Shown: positions 16,857 to 27,182, counted from the stretch's first letter. The stretch: DNA of 64,000 bases from an uncultured delta proteobacterium (GCA_963796685.1 CAWCMR010000009.1:128001-192000); one strand, 5' to 3'. Notes: a model not told the origin generated them from the sequence alone. A program made the numbers and translations.

Positions 16857-18776
16857 TCAGAGGTCGAAGGCGATTCCGGCAAACCATGTGTTGTCGCCAA
16901 CGTGGAGCGTGTTGCTCAAGCCCAGGCCGTTGATTGCTGCATAGCTCCACTCGAAGAACAACGCGCAAGGGTCTGCGATGGCGCCGGCACTGTTGGCGCT
17001 GGAGGAGAGCCATGCAAGCCCGAGCATCAACCCGGCAGTGGCGTGCCAACCTAAGGACAAACCCGTCTGTGAGCTGCTTTCCCCTGTGCTGCTGGCTCTC
17101 CACTCCGTACCGTCGAGGCCGAGCTTCGCATACGGGATGAGCGGTATGGTCTGCAAACCGGGCAGCCCGTTGGCAAGGTAGAGCATGGAGAGCGAGACGG
17201 GAATCAGGCGCAGCTCAGTCTCGTCACCGCTGCGAGTGACCCCATCGGCCAAGAACGCGGCAGCGGTGCTCCGGTAGTATCCAACCCGAAGGCCGACTCC
17301 CCATGTGCCAAAGCGACGAAGGAGGTAACGGTCTAGCTCCGCCGCCGACAGCAAGTGACGGGAGCTCGAGAAGGTGTCGGCAAAAGGGTGAGCGCCGCCC
17401 TTGAACTCGCCGTCCACGTCGGGACGATAGAGCGAAACGCCGAGCTGGAAGCCCCACTCGGGCGGAGAGAATGCGGGAGAACCCGCCGGCTCCTCGAACC
17501 CCGAATCGTGCATCTCCCTCAGCCCCGGCTCCTCGAGCGACGGTTCCTGAAACAACGACTCCTGCGCTTGGGCGGTTGGGGCAAGAAGCAGGCCCCCAAG
17601 CAACGCGACCAACCGAGCATGGCTCGGGTGCTTGCGGCGCCGATGCAGGCGTCGATACAGCAGGAGGATGAACAAGATCAGAGCCGTGATCGCTGCACCA
17701 GCGAGGGGCTCCGCTGTACCGGAGCTGCCCAAGCGGCAGACCGAGCATCCTGACGCTGCCCCGCCCGACTCCTTGTACTTGTCCCAAAAACTCATCGTGG
17801 GCTGCGGCGTGGCCACGACGGGCGACGAAGGAGCGCTCGTGTCACCGCTCGGATCAATGGCAATAACCGCGAGGGTGTAAGCGGTGCCGTTGACCAGGCC
17901 CGTCACTCGAACTGACCTCGCGGTGGCTGAGAGCGCAGCCGAGCAGAGCTGAGTTTCGTCGGCAGGCGTGATCACGGTTGCACCCGGGTTGCTGACCAAG
18001 CCGCAGCTCTCGTATCCTGCCGAAGACGCGCTGGTGGGGCGAGGTAGGCAAAGGACCTGATAGCCCGCAACGAGCGAGTCTTCGGTAGGCGGGGTCCAGC
18101 TCACCAGCACCCCCTCGTTCGCTGGCTCGGCGTTCACGCCGGTCGGTGCGCCGACCGTGTCTCCCGATACCGGCAAATCGATGGTGAGGGAAAAGGAGAG
18201 CGGCTTCCCGTCCTGAGTCAGAATCGCCCAAAGGGTCGTGCTGGCTGCGCTCAGGCTGGCGCAGCTCGGGCTGGTGCTGCCGGTCGCCACTTCATAGACT
18301 GCACTGCTGTCGAATTTCGGTGCGCTTCCCTGCTGCGATGCCGAGAAGCTCGCCTGTCCGAGCGAGGTGCACGACGCCGATGCCGCGTAGCAGTTGTCGC
18401 CCAGGTAGAACGTGACCCCGATGGTCGAGCTGCCAATGTTGGTCTGCCCTGTGGACGTGGCCTGCAACACCGGAGCTAGGCTCCGCGGACACTGGCAGCG
18501 ATGAGGGCCGAAGACACCATCGAGATTGTTCGTGTCGAGCTCGACCCAATCTCCCGCTTCGGTGTACTCGTCGAGGCTCAGGCTGAAATCACTTTGCGAA
18601 AGTGAAACCGGTGCCGCGCCCGCTGCCGTCGGCACGAGCGAAGTCAGCAGCAGCAACGCGGTTGCCGTTGCTGGCCAGGCCGGACGCCGGAGCCAGGATC
18701 GAGCCTTCTTCCAGAAGCGGCTGCCACCGCAGCCGATACCATCAGCAAGAAGCCCATCAGGTACTTGATAGGCCAT
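16857..18776 (-). CDS. Fused protein: Cys-containing/FN3 surface domain + MYXO-CTERM-like anchor + internal signal peptide + outer-membrane beta-barrel
   Basis: APTGV..EP.NEGVLVSWTPP...YQV and GLVNGTAYTLAVIAID FN3 motifs; GGAASGCSVC + TM + RRLHRRRK; LVALLGGLLLAPTAQA; amphipathic strands ending WFAGIAFDL. Confidence 0.75.
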   Translation of the reverse strand: MAYQVPDGLLADGIGCGGSRFWKKARSWLRRPAWPATATALLLLTSLVPTAAGAAPVSLSQSDFSLSLDEYTEAGDWVELDTNNLDGVFGPHRCQCPRSLAPVLQATSTGQTNIGSSTIGVTFYLGDNCYAASASCTSLGQASFSASQQGSAPKFDSSAVYEVATGSTSPSCASLSAASTTLWAILTQDGKPLSFSLTIDLPVSGDTVGAPTGVNAEPANEGVLVSWTPPTEDSLVAGYQVLCLPRPTSASSAGYESCGLVSNPGATVITPADETQLCSAALSATARSVRVTGLVNGTAYTLAVIAIDPSGDTSAPSSPVVATPQPTMSFWDKYKESGGAASGCSVCRLGSSGTAEPLAGAAITALILFILLLYRRLHRRRKHPSHARLVALLGGLLLAPTAQAQESLFQEPSLEEPGLREMHDSGFEEPAGSPAFSPPEWGFQLGVSLYRPDVDGEFKGGAHPFADTFSSSRHLLSAAELDRYLLRRFGTWGVGLRVGYYRSTAAAFLADGVTRSGDETELRLIPVSLSMLYLANGLPGLQTIPLIPYAKLGLDGTEWRASSTGESSSQTGLSLGWHATAGLMLGLAWLSSSANSAGAIADPCALFFEWSYAAINGLGLSNTLHVGDNTWFAGIAFDL

Positions 18777-18807
18777 CGATCGACCTAAGCTATCTGAGAT
18801 CGCCTGG

Positions 18808-19262
18808 TCACGGTCGATGGGGTCGGGTCGGTAGGCATGCGAGTTGCCCGACGCCCGAGGCCGGCTTGCGGCACGTGCCTGCGTGGCTTCGTTCATCGCG
18901 CGATACCGCACAATCCGCGCCCTCGCTCAGGTTCGCACATGCCTCAACCGCCCCAGGTGCGGGTCGCGCCTTCGCTCTGACTGGCACAGGCATCGACTGC
19001 TTCTTGTGGGCCGGTGCAGAGGCATGCATGCCAGAGCTTCCTGGCCATCGGGCCTCTTTAGGCATTTCCCCGGTACGGCCTGCCCACGAAAGGACACCGT
19101 GCAGGTCGCGCCCTCGCTCTGGTCGGCGCACGCATCGATGGCATCCTGTGGCGGCCCGGGTTCATGGTCGTCCGCAGCACGGGCCTGGGTCGGAGGAAAC
19201 CCGAGCACGGCCGCCGAGGCGACGCAGGCAACGAATCCGAGATCTCGCGCAGTCATCATCAA
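18808..19262 (-). pseudogene. Secreted Cys-repeat (PPxxAxxAC) protein, three repeats split by frameshifts/deletion
   Basis: PPQDAIDACADQSEGATC...GKC...LACMP / PQEAVDACASQSEGAT / PGAVEACANLSEGADC...GTC...LACLP, in three different frames. Confidence 0.78.
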
Positions 19263-19724
19263 TCTCCTTCTCTCGAAGAGAAGACATCCAAGCGTGGCCT
19301 AGCGTTACTGCCGTTCACTCCAAGAGAGAGTCGCGCGGCCGATTTTCGCTCGCTGGGGTGTGCTATGGCATCTTCGGATCAGGAGGTCGACGGGACGGTC
19401 GTCGTGGGCGAGCAGCATCACCAGGCCAGCCTGGATCCACGTTACGCAAAGGTGTTGCGGGGAGAGCAGGTAGGTCGGGCGGCGAGGAAGTGCAAACTCA
19501 TCGGATCCGCGCGGCAGCGACCCGGCCTTCGTGCCTGACAGCGCAGGTGTGGCAGCGTGGCGCTCACGGGCGTTCATCCTGTTCTCTCTGTCGCCTGGAA
19601 AATCAGGAGCGAGGGACGGTACGGCAACTCGTGGACATCGGGAAGGCGGTGAGGATTCTCGGTTTCGCAAAATTCTGCACTCCGCGCATCACGAAATGTC
19701 CTCGCTGGGTGTCATATCCAGGAC

Positions 19725-21059
19725 ATGTCGTCTCCCTCTTCGAAAGCCAATCCGTCTGCCGAGGTTCCCCTGGTTTCGCCAAGCGAGATCCTGGGGCTTG
19801 GTCGCCGACGGCGCCGCTCGCGATGGATTGTGCTTGGCGCGGGGACGGTCGTTTTGGTTGCGGCGCCGCTGGCTCTCGGTCCGTCGCTCTTGGGGCATCG
19901 GCCGCCCGCGCCGCCGCGTTTTGAAACCGCGTTGGTGACCCAGGGGGATCTGCGTGTGGCGGTGACTGCGACCGGGACGCTGAGCGCGCGCGACAGTGTG
20001 TCCATCGGCGCCGAGATCAGCGGGCGCGTGCTCCGCGTGCTGGTGGATTACAACGACAAGGTCGTGCCCGGGCAGATTCTGGCCGAGATCGATCCCGAGC
20101 AGTACCGCGCCCGGCGCGAGGATGCGCAGGCGCAGTTGGCCCTGGGCAAGGCCGCCTTGCTCACGGCCCAGGCCACCCAGCACGAAACCGAGCTGAAGGC
20201 CGAGCGCCTGCGGACCATGCGGCAGAGTGGCCTGTCGAGCCAGCAGGATCTGGAGGGCGCGGAAGCGGCTTTGGATCGCGCCAACGCATCGTTGGCCAAC
20301 GCCAGGGCCCAGATCGCCTCGGCCGAGGCCTCGTTGAAGGTGGCGCTCTCGAATCTGGGCAAGACCCTCATTCGCTCGCCCATCACGGGCATGGTGCTTG
20401 AGCGCAGCGTGGAGCCGGGCCAGACGGTTACCGCCGGGCTGCAGACGCCGGTGGTGTTCACCCTGGCGGCTGATCTGTCCGACATGTTGCTGGCGGTGAA
20501 GGTCGACGAGGCCGACGTGGGACAGATCCGGCCCGACCTGACTGCCACCTTCACCGTCGATGCCTATCCGAACCGCACGTTCGAATCGACCGTGCTCAAG
20601 GTCAAGAACATGCCCACCACCAGCCAGAACGTGGTCACCTACGAAACCCGCCTGCTAGTGAAGAACGTCGACGGGCTGTTGCGGCCAGGCATGACCGCCA
20701 CTGCGACCATCGCCATCGAGAACCAGAAAGACGTTCTGCTGGTGCCGAACGCGGCGCTGCGCTTTGCCCCCAAGATGCCGGCCCCGCCGCCGTCCGCGCC
20801 CGGCAGCGGGTTTTCCATCCGCAGTCTCATGCCGCCTCCGCCTGGGGGCGGGCCCCGGCCTCCCTTGGCACCGGGCGCCGGCCCTGCGGGGGACAAAATG
20901 CCCGCCGGGGCGCGTGTGTTCGTGTTGCGCGGGCCGTTTCCCGAACCGATCCCGGTCCAGGTGGGCGCCACCGACGGCGTGAAGACCTCGATTCGAGGTA
21001 CAGGGATCGCTGCCGGCGTGTCCGTGATCGTGGGCCAGGCCGACACCACGGGGAACTAG
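19725..21059 (+). CDS. MacA-like periplasmic adaptor (membrane fusion protein)
   Basis: N-terminal TM, IGAEISGRV..V.VDYND.V, IRSPITG, VDEADVG, LRPGMTA, VPNAALRF. Confidence 0.92.
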   Translation: MSSPSSKANPSAEVPLVSPSEILGLGRRRRRSRWIVLGAGTVVLVAAPLALGPSLLGHRPPAPPRFETALVTQGDLRVAVTATGTLSARDSVSIGAEISGRVLRVLVDYNDKVVPGQILAEIDPEQYRARREDAQAQLALGKAALLTAQATQHETELKAERLRTMRQSGLSSQQDLEGAEAALDRANASLANARAQIASAEASLKVALSNLGKTLIRSPITGMVLERSVEPGQTVTAGLQTPVVFTLAADLSDMLLAVKVDEADVGQIRPDLTATFTVDAYPNRTFESTVLKVKNMPTTSQNVVTYETRLLVKNVDGLLRPGMTATATIAIENQKDVLLVPNAALRFAPKMPAPPPSAPGSGFSIRSLMPPPPGGGPRPPLAPGAGPAGDKMPAGARVFVLRGPFPEPIPVQVGATDGVKTSIRGTGIAAGVSVIVGQADTTGN

Positions 21060-21062
21060 CCC

Positions 21063-21746
21063 ATGCCGCCCATCATTTCCTTTCGTGGGATCCAAAAGAT
21101 CTACGGCAAGTGCGAATCAGAAGTGCGCGCTCTGGACGGCATCGACCTGGACATCCAGCCGGGCGAGCTTGTGGCCATCATGGGGGCGAGCGGCAGCGGC
21201 AAGTCCACCGCCATGAACATTATCGGGTGCCTGGATTCGGCCACCACGGGCTCGTATCGCTTCTCGGGCGTGGAGGTCGCCGACCTGGACGATCGGCAGC
21301 GCGCCCTGCTGCGCCGGCAGTACATCGGGTTCGTGTTCCAGGGGTTCAACCTTCTCGCGCGCACCAGCGCCTTGGAGAATGTGGCACTGCCTCTTGTGTA
21401 CCGTCGGGTGAAACGCAAAGAGCGCCGCGAGCGCGCCCTGGCCGCGCTGGAGCTGGTGGGCATCGCCAACCGCGCCCAGCACTACGCCAGCGAGCTGTCG
21501 GGTGGGCAGCAGCAGCGTGTGGCCATCGCGCGCGCCCTGGTGACCAACCCTCCCCTGCTCTTGGCCGACGAGCCCACGGGCAACCTGGATTCCTCGCGCA
21601 GTCAGGAAATCATGCGCCTGCTCACCGAGTTGAACCGCACGCGCAACATCAGCATCGTGATGGTCACCCACGAGGCGGCCATCGCCGCCTTCTGCCATCG
21701 GGTGATCGCCTTTCGCGACGGCAAGATCCAGGGGGCACAGTCATGA
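21063..21746 (+). CDS. ABC transporter ATP-binding protein (MacB/LolD type)
   Basis: [37 protein letters not shown]. Confidence 0.95.
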   Translation: MPPIISFRGIQKIYGKCESEVRALDGIDLDIQPGELVAIMGASGSGKSTAMNIIGCLDSATTGSYRFSGVEVADLDDRQRALLRRQYIGFVFQGFNLLARTSALENVALPLVYRRVKRKERRERALAALELVGIANRAQHYASELSGGQQQRVAIARALVTNPPLLLADEPTGNLDSSRSQEIMRLLTELNRTRNISIVMVTHEAAIAAFCHRVIAFRDGKIQGAQS

Positions 21747-22948
21747 TTGCCGAGACCTTGCTGATGGCTTTGCGTGAGATCCGTCGCAACGCCTTGCGAT
21801 CGTTACTGACCATGCTGGGCGTGATCATCGGCGTCGGCTCGGTCATCACCATGGTTACCGTGGGCAACGGCGCCACCGCCAAGGTGCGATCCGACGTGGG
21901 GGCGCTAGGGCAGAACATGCTGATGCTTATGCCCGGGGCCACGCGGCGCGGGGGACCGCCGTCGTCGGCCACGCCGTTTACCGAGGCGGACATGCTGGCC
22001 ATTCGGCGCGAAGTCCGCGGCATCGAGGCCCTTGCCGGCACCGCCAGCGCGTCTGCCGTGGCCATCGCGGGCGCCGAGCAATGGCCTACGTCGATCACCG
22101 GCGGCGACAACGACTTTCTGACCGTGCGCAATTATCGCCTGCGCTGGGGCCGTGCCTTCACCGACGGCGAGATCAACGCGGGCACGCCCGTGTGCATCTT
22201 GGGCCACACCGTGGCGCAGAAACTCTTCAAGGATTCGCAGAGCTTCGACGAGCGTATCCGCGTTGGCCGGGTTTCCTGCCAGGTCATCGGCGTGCTGGTG
22301 GCCAAGGGCGCCGCGGCCATGGGACCGGACCAGGACGACCTGCTGGTGATGCCCTTGCGCGCGGTCCAGCACCGACTGAACGGCAACAACTACTTGAGCA
22401 TGGCCTTCGTCAAGGTCAGCACCACCGCCCGCGTGGCCACGGTGAAGGATCAGATCGAGGCCTTGATGCGCGAGCGACGACGCCTGGCCCGCGATGCCGA
22501 ATCGGATTTCATGGTGGGCGACCTGCAAGAGATCGCCAAGGCCATGAGCAGCGTGACCGCGGCCCTGACCGGCCTTCTTGGCGGTATCGCCGCGGTCAGC
22601 CTTCTGGTCGGCGGCATCGGCATCATGAACATCATGTTGGTCAGCGTGACCGAACGGACGCGCGAGATAGGCACGCGCCTGGCCATCGGCGCCCTGGCCC
22701 ACGAGGTGCTATTACAGTTCTTGGTCGAGGCCACCGTGCTTTCCACCCTGGGTGGGGTGTTCGGCATTCTCTTTGGGCTGGGGTTAAGCGCCATCGGCAC
22801 CAAGTTCTTGCAGGTGCCCTTCATCTTCAGTCCTGGCATCACCATCGCGGCCTTTGTCTTCTCAGCCGCCGTTGGGATCCTATTCGGTTTTCTACCGGCC
22901 CGGCGCGCCGCCCGCCTGAATCCCATCGAGGCCCTTCGCCATGAATAG
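21743..22948 (+). CDS. ABC transporter permease (MacB/FtsX type)
   Basis: RSLLTMLGVIIGV, SLLVGGIGIMNIMLVSVTERTREIG, PARRAARLNPIEALRHE; ATGA overlap with the upstream gene. Confidence 0.95.
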   Translation: MIAETLLMALREIRRNALRSLLTMLGVIIGVGSVITMVTVGNGATAKVRSDVGALGQNMLMLMPGATRRGGPPSSATPFTEADMLAIRREVRGIEALAGTASASAVAIAGAEQWPTSITGGDNDFLTVRNYRLRWGRAFTDGEINAGTPVCILGHTVAQKLFKDSQSFDERIRVGRVSCQVIGVLVAKGAAAMGPDQDDLLVMPLRAVQHRLNGNNYLSMAFVKVSTTARVATVKDQIEALMRERRRLARDAESDFMVGDLQEIAKAMSSVTAALTGLLGGIAAVSLLVGGIGIMNIMLVSVTERTREIGTRLAIGALAHEVLLQFLVEATVLSTLGGVFGILFGLGLSAIGTKFLQVPFIFSPGITIAAFVFSAAVGILFGFLPARRAARLNPIEALRHE

Positions 22949-24404
22949 CCCACGAATCGCGCTGTGTGCTTTGCTCCTGACCTCGGCCCCTGCGCGCGCC
23001 GACGAGCCGGTGGTCATCGACGAGGCTTGGGTGGTGAACACGCTCAAGGCCAACAGCCCGTCCTTGCGAGCCGCGGCCATCGCGGTCGAGCAGACGCGCG
23101 CGACCACGCTGCTGGAGGAGGGAAAGTTCCCTTTCATCTTTCAGGCCGACAGCAACTACACCCGCCTCAAGACCCCGCAGTTGACCAGCGATGCCACCGT
23201 GGCCAGTCAGGGCAACAGCCTGGCCGTGGGCACGCAACTCGGCCGCACCTTCACCAGCGGCGCCACGCTGACTCTCAGGCTGCAGGGCCAATATTCGAAC
23301 GGGCAAAGCTCGATGATGTGCGCGTCCGCGGGCTCATCCCCGGACTGCTACCAGGCGACCATGCGCGTCTCCCTGACCCAACCCTTGCTCAGCGGTTTTG
23401 GCGGCAATGTCAATCTGGCCAGCCTGCGCGCCGCCCGTATCAGCGAGCAGAAACAGCGCAAGACCTTCGATCGGCAGGCGAGCGAATTGGTGCGCGATGC
23501 CCTGCTCGGCTATTGGGAGCTGTTCTACGAATACAAGGCGGTGCAGATTCAACGGGCCGCGCTGACCCTGGCCAAGACGCAACAACACGAGGCCGAGCAG
23601 CGAGTCGAACATGGACAATTGGCCGCGGCCGATGCCCTGAAGTTCCGCACCCAGGTGGCCAGCCTGACGGAATCGCTGATCAACGCGCAAGCGGCACTGG
23701 CCACGGGCACGTCCGAGCTGGGCCGCCTGGTGGGGATTTCTGCGCCCCTGCTGGCTTGGAGGCCAAGTGAGCGCGAGCCGAAATTGAGCCCGCTGCCGTG
23801 CATGAATGTGGTGATCGAAGAGCTGCGCCAGCAAAGCCCGGCCTTGGCCGAGCAGGCCGAAGCCCTGCGCCTGGCCCGCGATCAGCGCCAGACCGCAGGC
23901 GACGAATACCGTGCCCGCCTGGATGCCTCGACCTGGGTGGAATCCGGCGGCCTGGGTGCGGGCGAGATGACGCCAGCGCTTCGCCAGGCCGGCACCTTGG
24001 GCGCGGTAAGCGTGTACGCCGGGCTCATCTTTCAGAAGACCCTCGACGAAAAACGCCTGCATGCCGCCCGGGCACGGGCCGCGCAAACCGAGGCCCTGGC
24101 CGAAGCCAACCTGGCCGCCACCAGCCAACAGCTCGAAGCCACCGCGGTGCAGACCTGGCAGAAGGCCGAGCAAGCGCACGCGCTTCACGACGCCGCCAAC
24201 GTCACCCTGGAAGTGGCCAACCTACAGGCAGAAAACGAACGTGCACGCTACCGTGTCGGCGCCAACACCTATCTCGACGTGCAAGTGGCCGAGGACACCC
24301 TTCGCCAGGCCCGCCTGCGCGTGGTCCGCGCCGCCGTCGACCAACTCAAGGCGCGCATCATTCTCGATCACACCACCGGCGCGCTGCTGGCCACGCGGCT
24401 GTGA
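22941..24404 (+). CDS. TolC-family outer membrane protein
   Basis: Signal peptide, SLTQPLL.GFG, two helical repeats, RYRVG....LDV..AE; last gene of the efflux operon. Confidence 0.85.
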   Translation: MNSPRIALCALLLTSAPARADEPVVIDEAWVVNTLKANSPSLRAAAIAVEQTRATTLLEEGKFPFIFQADSNYTRLKTPQLTSDATVASQGNSLAVGTQLGRTFTSGATLTLRLQGQYSNGQSSMMCASAGSSPDCYQATMRVSLTQPLLSGFGGNVNLASLRAARISEQKQRKTFDRQASELVRDALLGYWELFYEYKAVQIQRAALTLAKTQQHEAEQRVEHGQLAAADALKFRTQVASLTESLINAQAALATGTSELGRLVGISAPLLAWRPSEREPKLSPLPCMNVVIEELRQQSPALAEQAEALRLARDQRQTAGDEYRARLDASTWVESGGLGAGEMTPALRQAGTLGAVSVYAGLIFQKTLDEKRLHAARARAAQTEALAEANLAATSQQLEATAVQTWQKAEQAHALHDAANVTLEVANLQAENERARYRVGANTYLDVQVAEDTLRQARLRVVRAAVDQLKARIILDHTTGALLATRL

Positions 24405-24500
24405 CGGCGCCCGCTCAAGTGGTCCACCGAATCTCGCCACGTCCTTTCCTGCAGTTTCCCGCCAGCGTTGCGCGTCGAGTCTGCCATGACATCACGGCGT

Positions 24501-24538
24501 TGCAGCGGCTGACCGGGTCGAGTGCTTCCACGCCCCCG
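24501..24538 (+). repeat. ~38-bp direct repeat, right copy
   Basis: tgcagcggctgaccgggtcgagtgct-tc-cacgcccccg; matches 11907-11945. Confidence 0.85.
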
Positions 24539-24695
24539 CCCCGCTATCCTTCGACAAGAGCTGTCCCATGCTCTGCCCGCCCACCATGCCTCCCTTGCGC
24601 GGTTCGAGGGCTGGTACCACGAGGTCCGATGGGGAATGCGACGCCTAACGACAAATCAGAACGACGCCCCCGGCGCGCCGATAGGATCAACCACC

Positions 24696-24937
24696 TCACT
24701 CGTTCATTGCGTCCCACATCTCGAGAACCCGTTGGACCACGGATGCTGTTCCGGCCATCTTGGGCACGAAAGTATCCGGCTTGACCTCATCGAGACGGAT
24801 CTGCAGCTCGTCTCCGGTCGTACCCAATACCAAGGCGATGCGAGTTGGGCGGCCATGGGACAACTCTCGGAAGGTGCGACACAGGACGGCAACATCCAGG
24901 TTCGGCATGTGGACGTCGCTGACGAGAATGGTGGGGG
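24696..24937 (-). pseudogene. Single-domain response regulator, 5'-truncated
   Basis: PTILVSDVHMPNLD...DTFVPK: beta3-Asp to beta5-Lys part of a receiver; the first strand and helix are missing. Confidence 0.7.
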
Positions 24938-25017
24938 CAACCATTCTCGGCGATGGAACCTTGGCCCTCATCGTGGACGTCCCGGCGCTGCTTCGCAGCG
25001 TCCAGCAGGCGGCGTAA
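24931..25017 (+). pseudogene. cheA: CheA extreme C-terminal scrap
   Basis: GATILGDGTLALIVDVPAL is the conserved end of the CheA P5 domain, directly before cheR. Confidence 0.85.
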
Positions 25018-25018
25018 C

Positions 25019-25900
25019 ATGGGAGGCACCGAGGTCGAGACTCCCTCGATTCCCCAGGCGTGGAGCGAGGGCCAGCTCGCCACGCGCGATTTCGCGCAGT
25101 TGAGCGCCTTCATCGAGAAAGAAGTCGGCATCCAACTACCGCCGACCAAGCGGGTAATGCTGGAAGCCCGATTGCGGAAGCGACTTCGGGCGCTGGGACT
25201 TTCGGACTACCACGAGTACGTGACCCGTGTCTTCGGTCCGAGCCGGGACGAGGGTGAAATCGTCCACCTGATAGACGTAGTCACGACCAACAAGACGGAC
25301 TTCTTCCGCGAGCCCCATCACTTCACGTACCTCGCTGACGAGGCCCTCCCCGAGTTATTGGCACTGGGCGTCAACCATCCCTCGCGTCCCTTGACCGTGT
25401 GGAGCGCAGCCAGCTCGACCGGCGAAGAGCCCTACACCTTGGCCATGGTGCTGAGCGAGTTCGCGGAGTCCCGGGTCATGAGCTGGCAGATCCTGGCCAC
25501 GGACATATCCACTTCCGTGCTCGATCGCGCTCGGCGGGCCATCTACACGGAGGCGTGCGCGGCCACCATTCCCGGCGCGCTCAAGTACAAGTATCTCCTG
25601 CGCAGCCGCGATCGCGAGCAGGGCCTGGTTCGCATCAGCCCCCGCCTCAGACAAAAGGTCACGTTTCAGCGGCTCAACCTGCTTTCCCGGAGCTACAACC
25701 TTCCTCGCCCCATCGATGTCATCTTCTGTCGCAATGTCTTCATCTATTTCAATCGGGCCACGCAGGCGCAAATCCTCTTGCGCTTCACGGCGTTGCTGCG
25801 TCCGGGTGGATTTGTCTTCCTTGGTCATTCGGAAACCATCAACGGTCTGTCGGTTCCGCTGGTTCAGATCGCGCCGACGATCTACCAAAAAGCGAGGTAG
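25019..25900 (+). CDS. cheR: Chemotaxis methyltransferase CheR
   Basis: [46 protein letters not shown]. Confidence 0.95.
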   Translation: MGGTEVETPSIPQAWSEGQLATRDFAQLSAFIEKEVGIQLPPTKRVMLEARLRKRLRALGLSDYHEYVTRVFGPSRDEGEIVHLIDVVTTNKTDFFREPHHFTYLADEALPELLALGVNHPSRPLTVWSAASSTGEEPYTLAMVLSEFAESRVMSWQILATDISTSVLDRARRAIYTEACAATIPGALKYKYLLRSRDREQGLVRISPRLRQKVTFQRLNLLSRSYNLPRPIDVIFCRNVFIYFNRATQAQILLRFTALLRPGGFVFLGHSETINGLSVPLVQIAPTIYQKAR

Positions 25901-25907
25901 CTGCCCC

Positions 25908-26987
25908 ATGCCGAAGAAGATTCAGGTCCTGGTCGTCGACGATTCCGCCGTCGTCAGGCAGACGTTGACGGAGATCCTGGCCTCCGACAAAGAGATCGGC
26001 ACGGTGGAAAGCGCGTCGGATCCCTACGTCGCCGCCGAGAAGATGCGTACCTTCCTGCCCGACGTCATCACCCTGGATATCGAGATGCCCCGCATGGACG
26101 GGTTGACCTTCTTGCAGAAGTTGATGAGCCAACATCCCATTCCGGTGGTCATCTGCTCGAGCCTCGCGGAGGATGGCTGCGACACCACCTTGCGCGCACT
26201 CGAGCTCGGGGCCATGGACATCATCACCAAGCCCAAGCTTGGAACGAAGCTGTTTCTCGAGGAGTCTCGAATCGAAATCTGCGACGCCGTCAAAGCGGCG
26301 GCAGGCGTATATCCCAACGCACGCGTTCACGGAAGCAGACCAGCCCCGCAGAAGATCCAACCCAAGCTGACTGCGGACGCCGTGATCGCCAAGGGATCGG
26401 GCCACGCCATGATTCAGACCACCGAGCGCATCGTCGCGGTGGGGGCATCCACGGGCGGCACGGAGGCCTTGCGCGAATTTCTCGCGGTCTTGCCCGTCGA
26501 TTGTCCCGGCATCGTCATCGTTCAACACATGCCGGAGAAGTTCACCGCCGCGTTTGCCAAGCGGCTCGACTCCTTATGCGCCGTGCAGGTGAAGGAAGCG
26601 GAGGACGGAGACAGCGTCATCCGTGGGCGAGCGCTTATCGCCCCTGGCAATCGACACACATTGCTCAAGCGGAGCGGCGCCAGGTACTACGTCGAGGTCA
26701 AGGATGGACCGTTGGTCTCGCGCCACCGCCCTTCGGCGGACGTGCTATTTCGCTCAGTCGCACGTTACGCAGGCAGCAACGCCGTGGGCATCATCATGAC
26801 CGGGATGGGTGACGACGGCGCGCGGGGCATGGCGGAGATGAAGGAAGCGGGCGCCACGAATCTCGCGCAAGACGAATCGACCTGTGTCGTGTTCGGCATG
26901 CCGGCCGAGGCCATCAAACACGGAGGGGTAGACAAGATTCTACCCCTGGGAAGCCTCGCGCACGAAGCGCTTCGGTTGTGTGCCTGA
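25908..26987 (+). CDS. cheB: Chemotaxis response regulator methylesterase CheB
   Basis: Receiver (VVDDS, TLDIEMP, TKP) plus GASTGG, QHMP, HRPS.D and GMGDDG motifs. Confidence 0.96.
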   Translation: MPKKIQVLVVDDSAVVRQTLTEILASDKEIGTVESASDPYVAAEKMRTFLPDVITLDIEMPRMDGLTFLQKLMSQHPIPVVICSSLAEDGCDTTLRALELGAMDIITKPKLGTKLFLEESRIEICDAVKAAAGVYPNARVHGSRPAPQKIQPKLTADAVIAKGSGHAMIQTTERIVAVGASTGGTEALREFLAVLPVDCPGIVIVQHMPEKFTAAFAKRLDSLCAVQVKEAEDGDSVIRGRALIAPGNRHTLLKRSGARYYVEVKDGPLVSRHRPSADVLFRSVARYAGSNAVGIIMTGMGDDGARGMAEMKEAGATNLAQDESTCVVFGMPAEAIKHGGVDKILPLGSLAHEALRLCA

Positions 26988-27034
26988 TTCTGGTGGCAGC
27001 GGATTCCACCTTCATCGACGTTGCATGCCGAAAC

Positions 27035-27182
27035 TGGAAGCAATCGCTCGCAACGGCGCCAGGCCGATCCCCAAAAATGCGTTCTCGGGTCGCTGGAATC
27101 CGCTGGAATTTTCCGGTCTTCTCGATGCCCGCGATCGCGGCCACCACGATCGATTCCCGCGCATTCCGCGTGATCGTCTCCA
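27035..27182 (-). repeat. 148-bp dispersed repeat / candidate MITE, copy 2
   Basis: Same length and ends as 9726-9873; lies between the convergent cheB and marR genes. Confidence 0.8.

Noticed and set aside
18602-19924. 440-aa ORF and other long antisense or alternate-frame ORFs (e.g. 35415-36920, 48812-50272, 56324-58051, 60237-62574)
   Set aside because: They are Arg/Pro/Ala-rich shadows of well-supported genes on the other strand or frame, as expected in high-GC DNA.
24487-24540. Integron attC site (ggcgttgcagcgg resembles an attC arm)
   Set aside because: No RYYYAAC/GTTRRRY boxes, no complementary second arm and no integron integrase.
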